A stretch of DNA of 64,000 nt from the NCBI RefSeq assembly GCF_040938485.1, contig NW_027271094.1:1736001-1800000 (forward strand), written 5' to 3'. Numbering within the stretch: position 1 is the first letter of the stretch; each line of letters opens with the position of its first letter. Shown piece after piece: positions 13,401 through 26,503 of this stretch. The notes under the pieces were generated by a model that ran no database searches, was not told where the DNA came from, and was given only the letters and a program-made list of their open reading frames with translations. A program made the position numbers and the translations under genes. This DNA comes from Diadema antillarum. Its lineage: Eukaryota.

Positions 13401-16400
13401 GAGTGCCTCTGCAGTGACATGGATAAAGATTGATGTTTTTGTGAAGGTTAGCTGCTCTGTTTAGAAAAGAACTTGAAATTATGAATGGAAAATTACCATT
13501 TCATTCCATCACTGTATTAATACATTGGTGTATAAAAGGTAGCGTGGAAGCTATCCATTGTAGGACTGAATGCATTGAGCTGTAAGTGATATGCTACATA
13601 CTTCCAAATGAAGGTGAGAGTTTGACGATATATGATAGCATAGAACACCTGCACTATCTCTGCCATCTCCCAGCAGTGGTATTGGTTGTGTTCCGCCTTC
13701 GGGTTCAAGGTGAAAGATCAGGTGGAAATGCATTCATGAGCAAGGCGAATAAGACGTGCTCAGATATCATTCATGAATAAAACACGCCTTAATGTCACTT
13801 CACCCTGCCTGTGGGGTTGACTTAGGAAACTCTGTCATAACAGGAATAATGGGTAGGCACCCTAGATGTTTCCAGCTGTCTTTTTTTTTTTTTTTGATAA
13901 TGGAGTGCTCTCTGATGACATTCATAATCCTAACACACCAATTACATTGTGTATGTTAACACAGGTTAGAGTGACCAAAACTTGCTGGTATAAGAATATG
14001 GATAAGTTTCTGTTCCATCAACTCTTGGACATAAATTCAGATTGTAATGAAATTGATGAATATCATACAGTTTGCTTGATAAGTAATAAAATGGACAAAT
14101 ATGGAATTTGAATTGCTAACATATGAGACACCCAAGATTCTGCTCCATGTTATGTAACTTATAGAACAGAGCGTTGTGATGGACTTGACAGTTTCCCCCT
14201 CAGATTGGTGCATGGATACAGTATGTTCCAGGATTAAAGTCCGCATTCATTGAGCGGATGAAGGCTTGATTGAGGCAGACAGTTTGATGACTGGTTTATA
14301 CATGTAAGGGTCAAGGGAACTGTGGGTCACCTGATCTCAGGGGTACTCCATCAAGCAGTAGGCACCCAAGAGTTGAACTTGTGCCTCACAGGCATTTTCA
14401 ACTATCCCTCCCTCTCTCACCAGCATTGTTTCCAGTTTGAAAAAAAAAAATCTAAATCTGAGCAACAATGTCTCTTATAGTTTGTAATAATGACACATTG
14501 AAAAAAATTGTGAGGAAGGGCTTCAAAAAGTAAAAATCGATGAGTGAAAAGACTTACCATACTCATTTCCCATAGACAATAGTGATAGACCCCTAGCATA
14601 GTACTGAGGACAGACATAATCTACATTTTAGTAGTGTTAGATGGATTAAATGAAATGATGTTGACACACTTTATAAAGAGTTTCAATGTAAGTGTACTCT
14701 AATTTTGTGTAAATCATAAATGTTGTGTCCTATTGTGACATATTTTCCTACTGCTCTCTGCACGATGTTGTACACCAAGTTGAATTACTTCTTCCATTGC
14801 ATTCGATCACTTCAGAACATCCCTGTGTTGGGGCATTTTGTTTGTTCAGATGAGTAGAGATGGAGAGAGAAATAGCAAAAATGACAACAAACAGAGAAAA
14901 TGATGAGAAAATGTGTTTGTGTGTGTCAGGTGATATGGCATATATGGTAGAGTCAGGGTTCCATCTCTTATAATGTGTTTTTGTGGCAAATTTCAATAAT
15001 TCCAGTATGGGTAACCATGACAATAACTGGAGTTCCCTCAATTGATTGAGTGGCTGTTGCTTTCTCCTACTTCCATGGATACTACAGTTATTATAATAAA
15101 CAATCCTTGAAGAGCTCTTTAAAGAATGTCCATCATGGAAGGGAGCTAGAAAGTCCCCCCTCCACCTCTTCCCCCCATCATGTAAGTGGACCTGCCTGGC
15201 ACCTTCCCTCCCACACAGATCAGGATGTAGGCCTATCTCCATGACCAGACAGTGTAGTGGCTTACTGTACTCTTCTTGTTCACACAGGTCAATTCTAATG
15301 TCAAATCAGTATTTGAAAATATGACACTGGCCAGAGATAGTTGGTCTCTCACTAGTCTCCATTCAAGGAGGCTAATTTGCTTTTGTTTTTAATCTGACAG
15401 AGGCATTTGGAAAACTAAATGATATGTTATCCATGGGGCGAAGACTCACAAAAATGTTGTCATTCTCAGCATTGGCTAGTTAAAAACAGTATTTCCAGGT
15501 TTTATGTGGAGTAGGCCTATGTAGAACTTCATCATAGAACAAGTTCTGCATGGCATACATTGTAGTTGTTGGACCTACATGTACCAGTGGCGGATCCAGA
15601 GGGGGGCGCAAGCGAAGCGCGCCCCCCTTTACTTTTTCATTAAAAACAAAAGAAATAAAAAGAAAAAAATGAAATGAAACCCGTAGGATGCACCAGAAAT
15701 ATTACTTGCGCCCCCCCCCCCCCCCCCCCTCTTTACAGAATTCCTGGATCCGCCCCTCTGTACAGTGGTCACATGAAGGATATAAGTTTTTGCCTTCATT
15801 GAAAATGAGTCTATTGGTAAGCAAGGGCTTCCAATACTTGCTTGAGATGTAGACCCATTTTATAAAATCCTCTGTCTACTCTGTCCAGGGGATTGCTATG
15901 TGAGACTTATTTTGGGGAGAGTCACTTCAATTTAGTCAGTCCCTCAACTGCAATTCAATTCAAGGACTGAAGCCATAATGCCGATGCTGGCATCAAAAGG
16001 ACACACAGCTTCCAGAGGAAAGGTTCTGTACCAGTCGTGCATGACCCATTGTTGTCTGTGTTTGCTGACCCATAAATATGTGCCTTGAATGATTGTCTCA
16101 AAGAGCTGTCTGAACAGCTAGGAGTATGAGTTTGTGACTACTCCACGCCTACATCTTTGCTGTAGGCCTCTCTACAGGTGCAGGGCAGATATCGTTTGTG
16201 AAACTAAAAAGTTTCCCTTGCGTAATGAGATGTTGCATCGGGACTTGTAATGATACATGTATATGCTCTCACCTAGGTGTGGAGAATTAATTATTATTTA
16301 TTGCTCTTCCTGGCAAGTATCGCTTACGTCAAGGAGTGTATACAGACAGTATTTACAGGTTATCAATGGAAAGCAGACCCAGGGTTATCAGATAGACATC

Positions 16401-19400
16401 TTTCATGTCAGACTTAGCATCATAAACCTACCCCGGCGTATTTCCGCCAATGAAATAATGTGCTGGTCTCCTTGAACATTGGTTCCACCATTCGTACATT
16501 GTAATTCAAGTGCAGGCCGTAATTTTTAAATAAACATTATAATTCATGTGATATTGCTGCTGGGAGGATTTTATATCACTGTAAATTGTTATTTGCTAGA
16601 GTATGTATGTCTCTTTTTCATGCATTCAGATGGTATCTGAAGTATACACTTTGGTTGTACGTATGTCAGGAACAATCTTTAGGCCTACTGTAACACAAGG
16701 AATGCTTGCGTGCATTTTAATTTTGCGAATTTTGTAAGCGCCAAAATTCACCAAATTAAATGCACGCGACAGTTCTTGTCTACACTCTATGCATTGAATG
16801 GCAGTGGCAGTTCGCGAAAATTTCATGCCGTGAAAAAGGCCGTCAGCTCCAATTCGTGAAAATTTCATGCCGCGAATATATCATGTTTTACACTATTATG
16901 AATGAATGCATGAGATATGATAGGCTAGGTCTCTTGAATAAGAAAGCCCTTCTTCAACCACATCTGTCTGCCCGTATGTATGTATGTATGTCTCTCTTTG
17001 TACTGATTGTTCTTGTCTGTCTGTCTGTGACTCTCTCTTTCCTTGGAGTCCTGATCACTTCTTGTGCCTAGAGCTGTTCATCCATATGTTTTCTCTGACC
17101 TTTTCTGTCCTTTTTTTTGGTTAAGATAGTGTGTGTGCTGTTTCTGCGCAGCAGTCTCCTTTTCTCTTCTTACACAACGTGTATATTCAACACGTCTCAT
17201 TAAAGGCATTATTTACCATTTGCACATGAAACAAAAACACAGCTGTAGCACTTCAAAATAGTTCTAAAATGTGAGTTAGGAATAGAAACAACCAGTGTAA
17301 GAAGAGAAAATTTTAATCAGGATGATAATGTTAAAGTATTGTTAAATATATACAAAATGTGAACAATAATCATATAATAAAGTGTTTCTATCTGTAAACT
17401 GTCTGCAGTTAGGGTTTAGTGCGAAAAATAGTGATATCTCCTTATATTTTAGGTTTTATTGCAAAATTTTTATATGGTTAGGTAGAATGTTTTGTGATGC
17501 AACTGACCTATGCACATAGGGCCTATGCATCAAATATGATAACTCAAACATTTTTAAAATCACTGCTCCCAGTGGTAAACTGTACCTTTAATATCTGTCT
17601 TTGCACCATTGTTCAGGTACAGCGGGTGTAGTAAGCCTGTGTTAGAATGGTGATTATTCACACCTACGCCTGTTACTGTTAAATCGGTTAGACTTCCGAA
17701 CTGGGATCATCATCACTCTAGAGATCACTATTGACAACACTGTTATATGCAAATTGACCCCAATTGACTCCTCAACAACAACCTAGGGGATTAGAAGAAT
17801 CTGTGTGCCTGTGGTGTAGTGTAAGACTTCTAGTCCCTTGTACGTGCTTCAGTGACAAGAAATTCAGAGTTTTAAGAAGTGTGCCGATGTGCATGTATCT
17901 ATTCATTACATGCCACCTCAAAAAGTGCTTTGAATACAAGTTGTGCTTGATGTATCTCAATATGTGTTTACTGTTATCAAGAAATTTGGTGAAGTTTATG
18001 CATTCAGAATGGAATTTCATTTCATGGGGTCTCTACACAAAGACTAAGTCTAAAACTACCCTTAAAGCTGATGAAAGGATTTCCTCTCAGTGTTTTAAGT
18101 GGCATTAATTGCTGAGGGGGATAATTGCTGTTCTCACTATCACTCTTTATGCTCCAAGGCCATCATTTGCATAAATAATCACAGTTTGGTCCAGAATCCA
18201 ACAAATTTAAGGTTTATCCCAGCATTGAGGAAGGTTGTTCAATTAGAGGCAGGAAGAATTTTTGACTGTATGTGTCGAATACAAAATAGGGCCTAACATT
18301 TGTGCTTGGGGAGTGGATGTTTCAGACATAAGGTACAAATGTAGCAAAGGAAATGGGCCCGAGAGGTACTCCAATGGCAATAGATAGAAATGTTTTCTGC
18401 AACTGACCACAACTCAGACATTTCAGACATTGGGTCCGCTCCTGTCTTGTCCAGTTTGCATCCTCCCATTCACGATATTTTGCTCACTGTTGAAGAATTC
18501 TGCACCGCAAATTTGTTGCTTTGATTGATTTTCCCATACTGACAGCATACCAGCATACTTAGGGGTTTTGAGCCCTCAGAACAGATTTCTGTTGAGTGGC
18601 TTTACAGCAAAATGTAAGTAGATCTACGCATCCAGCACATAACAAGCACTGGCAGGGCAGGATATTACTTGGCTGCCAAGCAATTCAGCCAGCAGAGTTT
18701 AGATTAATCCTCCTCGTGTTTACCTTACCAAACAACTGGAAAATTTGGGAACTAGGGAATCAGGTTTCATTATCATTTTCATCAGCATTATGCAGGGAAG
18801 GCCCTGAGACTATCATAAACAAGGATATTGCTGATCTTTTGCTTTTATGCCATTGCCAAACTATTTACCACTGCCCACACATGACAGTATCCTGTTACCT
18901 CTTACTACTAATGTAAAATGGTTGTAGGCCATACTAAGATGATGGTGCTGATTATAATTGTTGTAATACTTTTATCACCATCATCATAATTTTCTTACTA
19001 TCATCCTCTAAATTTTCATATTCCAAAAACTTTCATCAAAATGTGACATTACAGCCATTTAGCAAATGCTGTGATTGTTTTTCCGTAGCCTTATTCGTAA
19101 ATATATGTTTGATGTTTGATTCTGGTTTTCAAAGACACCTCAATGGCTGCTACGGTCACTTGCAGACTGTGTCCTATGATCTGATATACTTTCACGACAG
19201 GACTACAGGCATATGCACATGATTATACTCCCAAGTTCAGATTGTGCATGTCCAGTTGTTGACAGGGCAAGGTTATCAAAAATGGAGTAAAATAGGGTGT
19301 TCAGATGCAAAAATTTATACTAGAACAGTACAGCTATACCATATCAGTATAGCTATGCGATGAATTTATATGTCTGAACGCTGACTACTGAAACGACGTA

Positions 19401-22400
19401 TAGCGAAACAACAGTCAGAGCATCATTTCGAACTAGAACTTGATAACGAATCAGCATGCCAGCATGTCCATTGTGTGTCTGAATGTATGGTGACCACAGA
19501 ACGGTATAAATGGGCGGGGCTTAATTGGAGCGCACACGAAAGGTGACCCTATACCTGTCACTCATGACCATAACAGCATGCACAGTGAGAAACTGCACAC
19601 CTATACGACGTTTTCAAGAACATTTGAGATTCGCGTCTGAATGGTCTGTCAGCTACGTGTATACAATAATTCTTTATTCGTCATTTCTTTATCAAGTTTT
19701 GGTATAAACTGGCTTGCGTCTGAACAGGGGGAAAGAGCAACCAGTCAATGGCAGACTGCAGAGCATGGCATATTATTCAAAAACTCCAGGGATGAAGTAG
19801 TGTTGGCATTTATGTTTTATTACCATGCAGCAGGTCGATTCCTGAGAGAAAAAGAAATCTTTTCAGAAGAGAAGCGGCAATAACTCTCATTGAGTGATAG
19901 ATCTTTATCTGTGGCCTTGCTGCTGTCAATGAGCAAACTATTTTTGGAACATGAAGTATATTTTACACGAAATGATCAGTTATCGCCCAATTCTCATCTG
20001 TGGAAAATATGAAACAATGTGTCTTCTTTAGCATAATTTGGAAATATGATGTGAGCTATAGATCTCTCTGATTACTGTGCCATCGAATCATATTTTGGTT
20101 GGAAGACAGGATTCATATGTGAACACTTTGTCTTCTGTATTACTATTATGTGGTAGTACTCAAGAACAGTGGGAAGCTGTGTAACAGCAATATGTAGGAT
20201 ACATCATGCACAGGTGTGGAAAAGCAATCTTTGGGTGTGAATGTAGTCCCTCTTAATAAAGAAACAAGCCCTGTCTGAAGCCAGAAAAAGACATACAGTA
20301 TGCATGTGTCATTTTTTCCCCCTTTGCATGTCCAGACATATTATTTCCTGTCAAGTGTATTTTCAGACATTTTCAAGGAACCTGCCCATAAAGAGTCACT
20401 GGGAGGACAGAGACTCTATTGAGGGAAATAAGAGGCCAAGGCAGAAACCACAGCAACTGTAGACTGGATGCTTCTGTCACCTCACTTAGGCCCCTTTCAG
20501 ATGTATCAAATTCTTGTATATTCTTAGGACAAATGGATATATACGACATATTGATACGAGTCCAATCAGGTGCAACGCCCGATTATTTAATAATCGTATG
20601 GGAGTGCTCAGTTGAACTCTCGTGGGAAGCTCATTTTTCGTACAAGTATCTCTGTTGTGCAGTACAAACTTTTTGCAGGCTTTGCGCTTTGTGTTTATAC
20701 TATTTGCTGGACTCATCTGTAGTAGAGGTCGGGCCCTAAGCACGTGTTGCAAATAAGCCCCGCCTACTTATACAATGTATGGATACATGAGAGCTTTCAG
20801 ACGCAAAAAAATGTATGGATATATTATATAGCATGATTGTGCGAAATGATGCTCAAAAAATTGTTCTGAAAAATCTGCTCTATTGAAACAATGGATCGAT
20901 ATGAGGGAATTCAGATGGGAAAAAACATGCTGTATCCATAAAGTCGTATATCCATACAAGAACTCTCTCATCTGAAAGGGAGATTTCATGTATTCCTGTC
21001 CTACCGCAAGCTGCATGCCACAGTGTGATGCCTGTTTCACTATTTAAACTGTCCTCCACAATTTCTGACCCTTCGTATGAATTTATCAGATGCACTCCAA
21101 GCCAGGAGAATGGCCCTGATTCTTGGATATAAGTTTAATGCCATGAGAACATCTTTGTCTTTGTGACCGACAGACATTGACAACTAAATATGGTCCTTGA
21201 CTGCTGAAAAAAAAAAAAAAAATCTGTCTATGAAACAAGAGAAGAAAATGTACTTTATGAAGGGCAGGTAACAGATATGGTCTTGCTTGATAAATTGAAA
21301 GATATATGGAAGGTACAGCTATACAGGAATACCAGTGCAGTCCCCTTATTACAATGTGCTAATAATTCTAGCTACAGTATGTTGTAATTTTGTAATGTTT
21401 AGTTTATTGTGTTTTACCGTTTACCATAGTGATGATTTTTCTGAAGAGAACCAGTAATGATGCCATTAAATTGATATTGTAATTCATGCTTGAGACAATG
21501 CCCTAGTCACTAAGGACAAGGTAACTGTGCGTGACAAAGTTCCACCTACAATGCAAAGCTCTACGTCCCACACACATTCACTAGCGATTTCCCCTGCTGG
21601 ATTTGTGCTTGATTCATTGTTTCTTGTTGCTAGGAGGAAGTAATCAGTTGTATGTCTAAACCACAGAGCAGGCCAAGTGGTTTCCTGGATGTGGCCAAGT
21701 ATCTCATTAATGGCTTACCTTTGTGAGTATGGTGGCAGAGAAGGGCCTAGGATTACCCTCTCTACCTCTCCTCCCTCGCTGATGATGATTTAATGGCTGA
21801 GTAATTGGAGTGTTCTGCCTTCTATCCAGCTAGCCCCACCCTCGATCCTTTAAAATCTATAAGGAGGCCTTCAACCCACTTGTGACGAATGATAGTGTAC
21901 CACATGGTTATACTAGATGGTTTCAAAACTTTTGTTCTGCACATGGCTTTGAATTAGTTATTCATCTCAAAGCATCAAATATTTTGCCAGGTACTTATTT
22001 TCACGAATTTCACGAGTCAGGTGCTATTCGCGAAATTAAAGACACCCGAAAATAAAGACTTTGATCCGGATATGAATGTGACGCATACGTATACATTTCT
22101 CCATTTAGTGCAGTACTCCACGATTGTGAATTTAACCACTCATGCAATCGTTGGGAAGTCCCGATTCACGAAGATTTGGACTCGCTAGTTATATGGCGTA
22201 TACAGTAACTGAAAGCAATTGTACTAAGTAAGTTTTTTAACCCTTGCTGTAAGGAGAGACATGCTTTCATTTGTTCATTCATAGGTCCCCTTTGACAAAT
22301 GGATGTCTAGATTGATGATGGAGGTGGAGAATGTGAAACCAAGATGTGAATACCAAAGCCAATCAAACAAGCCAATAAACAAACACCCCCCCCCCCCGAA

Positions 22401-25400
22401 AAACCCAAACAACCACAACAACAACAACAACAAAAACAACAACAACAACAACAACAATGCCGAACATTACTCATCTACCAACTGAGCAATCAACAGACCT
22501 GTTTCACTAAGGTTTTTGTGCCTATTACAGTCTGTTTTTAGGAATGTAAATACTTGTATTTAAAGATAATAAAAAGTTTTGGTACCTCAAAAGCTTCCCT
22601 GAATTTCCTTGTCTTGGTTTGTGTTTCAGGTTAAAGTACGTTGTCTGTGAGAATTACTCGCCCCAAAGTGCTCTCATGTCTTAGTAATCATGCAATAATG
22701 GTTTCGTACCAGAGCCGACGCTGTCCAGCGTCGATAAATATTGTACAAAACCACTGACTGCGACCAGCGTGCAGCCCATTGTATGCATAGCTAACTGCGA
22801 CCAGCAGCCCCATACGCATAGCGTAATGGGGCTTTGCACTGTGGCATTCAGGATCATGACAGAATTAGTATCGCGGGTAAATGTCAACTTAAAATCCAAA
22901 AATTTCTTCGATTTGAAGACTTACCAATTAAGTAGAAGTATTGAAAACAGGCTTCGAACAACGTTCGGTTCTGCCAAGAGGACCTTGGGAGAGCTACATA
23001 CACTGGATACCATGGCCAGCGCATGCGCACACAAACATCTTATCCGTTCATGGATTTGAAATTTGTGTGCATGTGATGTGTTCGCATGCACTGGCTGTAG
23101 TATTCAGTGTACTGTATGTAGCTCTCCTAAGGTCCTGTCGACCGAGTCACATCCAGTCATCAATTCGAACAGAAAGGGACTATAGGCAGAACCAAACGTT
23201 GCCCGAAGCCTGTTTTCAATACTTCAAGTTAATTGGTACCGGTAAGTCTTCAAATTGAAGAATTTATGGGATTTTAAGTTGACATTTACCCTGCGATACT
23301 AAATCTGTCATGATCCTGAATGCTACAATGCGAAGCGCGATTACGTTATGCGTATGGGACTGCTGGTCACTATGCGTATGGGGCTGCTGATCGCAGTTAA
23401 TTGCATGATTACTAAGACATGAGAGCACTTTGGGGCGAGTAAGTCTCACAGTGTTAGTTATATGAAAGGTACTTTAACCTGAAACACAAACTAAGACGAG
23501 GAAATTTAAGGACACTTTTGAGGTACCAAAACTTTTTATTATCTTTAAGTTGTGTAGCCACAATTCAAAACCTGTGCAGCATGATTGAACCATGCTAAGA
23601 CCAGAGACTGGGGGTGGGGTGTGGGTAGGGCATGGGGGAGGGGGACTTCTCTCCCACCTCCCCGGACTGCAAAGATTTTGAATAGCCCCGATTACCCTCC
23701 TTGCTCGGGTACCGCAGGGTTGCCTGTACTATGCACTCCTACAAGGTGTAGCTCCCAACAGAAAACCCGATAAGTGAGGCTGAAATCTACAGAGGGGCAT
23801 TTGATCTGGTCATCTTCCTTTTGTGGCTTCCTGAGCACTGCATTCTGTTATGTAATATTTCTCCAAACATTGAGCATGCAACCTTTTGACAGCAACTGAG
23901 CCCTACACCCCCCCCCCCCTGTGATACATTGGGTCAGAATGGGAGACAATATTGTCCACACATGGAGTGATTTCATTTTGTTCTTTTCATCTGTACCATA
24001 CACAAAAGCTAAAGTAGATTTCATGGAACTGAGTGCAGAATTAAAGCATTATCCAACTTAGCAACATCCCCCGCACAGTGTGAAATTACAGCAGATTGTG
24101 TATTTATGGCCTGATAGTGGAAAGACACTTGTATCTGAAGCAAGATGTCTACCATACAATGTGCCCACACCTGTGTGCTCTTTTTTGAATCTTGTCTACT
24201 TGCTCTCTTCTGGCATCCATGCTGTTGTGAAGACAATTCATGATTGGTCGAAATCCAGAACCACAGGGGATCTATCTATGCCCTCTGTGAAGCAGCCTTT
24301 TTTTTTTTTTAATGCTCATCCTAGCAGCTGAGACCATAGACGTTTTCAGCACTGACAAAAGAATACGTTTTCCCTTCATCGTGCCTTTCAAACCCCATCA
24401 CAGAATGTTTCATACACACAAAATATGCCCCCTTATCCTATCTGATCCTGATTCCCCTCTTAGCTCTCCCCTCCCCCCCCCCAAATCCATTCTAATGCTG
24501 TGAAAGCCGTGGTGGTAATGTGACAATCTGGGCGTCCATACTTAGCACGTCCCAGTGACTAGGGCAGAGGTGTATCCTGATGCACAGACCACAAGGTGGA
24601 CTGTGAATGAAGGTCGTGACCTGACAGGCTGTTTCTCCAGGCTAACTAAAGACCGATATCAAAGAACCACACCTAGTATAAAACCGTGCAATGTCACAGG
24701 ACAGACGACAGACGAGTTTAGCTTACAGTTGTTGCCGTGGCGGTCAGGCCTGCATGGGATAGGGCATACACTGAAATGGCAGCACCCTTCTTTGCAGTGT
24801 ACTTTCCTGTCATAGCATCTTGATATCAATTGTACTCTCCGTAGATGAAAGAAACCCAGGGAATTATATGTGTGCAAATTATTCTATCCTTTGGGGATGA
24901 AGAGCAGGGCTATTTATATATATGTACAGTTCGATCCACTTCCAGCAGACTGTACCATTCCGGTAAAGGGAGTGTTGCTTGTGACCGCTTTGTAGCTGCG
25001 GTCACTGGCAAAAGATCATGACGTTTAATTGCGAAGTCTTCACAAAGTTTGAGTCACTGATGCGCATGTACAAGAAAGAAGAAAGAGCATGCCGTCTGAC
25101 AGCTGATGATTGTGACATAACAATGCACACACATACATCCCAATGAGAGCTGCTTTGGATACACTACTGACAAAAAGATGGTGGACTGGTCACATGACAA
25201 ATTTTGCAAAGTTTTCATTGTTTGCATTCACCCTGCCCAAAGATTGAGAAGATTAGCAGGGGTCTTGGAAATATCAATGTTTGAGTGAGAAGTTTCGCAA
25301 GAAGTATCACAAGAAGTTCCACGAGCAGTTTGTGGTCACAGTGGCAAAACTTCGAGATCTTAAAAGATCAGGATCATAAACTTTACGATCTTTTGCCAGT

Positions 25401-26472
25401 ACATGTGACCACTCCTATTGTGAACAAAATAAAGCACAGTACTACAAGCAATACTAAAGGGAAGGGTATATTTGTTAGATGTTCACGTAGGAAGACTGAG
25501 CCATATCAATAGAAATAAATCTGATATATTAAAGTATTATGATTTAATGTACAATGCAGTTCAATTGTCCTATGATTCCTTTTTTTAACATATTCATTTA
25601 AATTATAAGTGCCATCTTAAATATCTTCTGTGCATATGTGTAGGCTTGTACCATAAAGTACACCCCATACTAGGCCACTACGCTATATCTGCATTGCCCA
25701 GCTTTTTCAATCATGTCCAAGGGCCTGGCAGAAAATTTTTGGGATGAGTGTATATCCCGCCACTTTCCTTCTCCCTTCACAATCGTGGCCAATTTAGGTA
25801 AATTGATGAGGATTTTCCATCAAATTGCTCCTCACTCTCTGTGACGGATGACTCATGAGCCACTGTCGGGTCTACACTGTATGCCTGGTGCAACTGAGGA
25901 CAACATTTTGAGAGAGATCTCATATAGCAATGCTCAAGCAGTATCTGTAGCTATAGTTTGCTGTCATAGTAAAGAAAGTTTATTTCATGTAATGAACTCT
26001 ATCTTGTCCACACATTTTCCTCAATGATGGTATTGTAGAGGATAGTTACATAAACCAGCAAGTGGGAAAACAACATTACTCAAAGCTGGTGAAAATTATA
26101 AACTGCAGTAGTATGAATACAGATGATATGTTGACAGTATATTTTCAGCATCATTTTTTTTTGCTCTCAAAAATAAATATTTGTAGATAACTTCAGCTGC
26201 TAGAATATTGGTTATAAAATTTGTTTTTGTAGAAATAATCATAACAAACTTGTGTAATGTATAGTATTCTATGTGAGACTATTATGTGAGAAAGATATAC
26301 TGTACTAAAATGTGTACATTGTTTTTTTAACCATATCAGTGAAACAAAAGCTGAAGTGCAGTTTAACCCATTGAGGACGGTTTGATTTTGCTACAATACG
26401 AATTTCCCATAGACACCTGCCCGAGTATACTCGGGACTCGTCCTCAACGGGTTAAATTGAGATAAAAAAGTG

Positions 26473-26503
<31 letters not shown>

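Noticed and set aside
14748-15242. 164-aa minus-strand ORF
   Set aside because: No recognisable motif; compositionally random intronic sequence, expected by chance.
24975-25415. Short inverted matches (ggtcac..tggcaaaagatc / gatcttttgccagt..gtgacc)
   Set aside because: Too degenerate to define element boundaries; probably an old TIR remnant.
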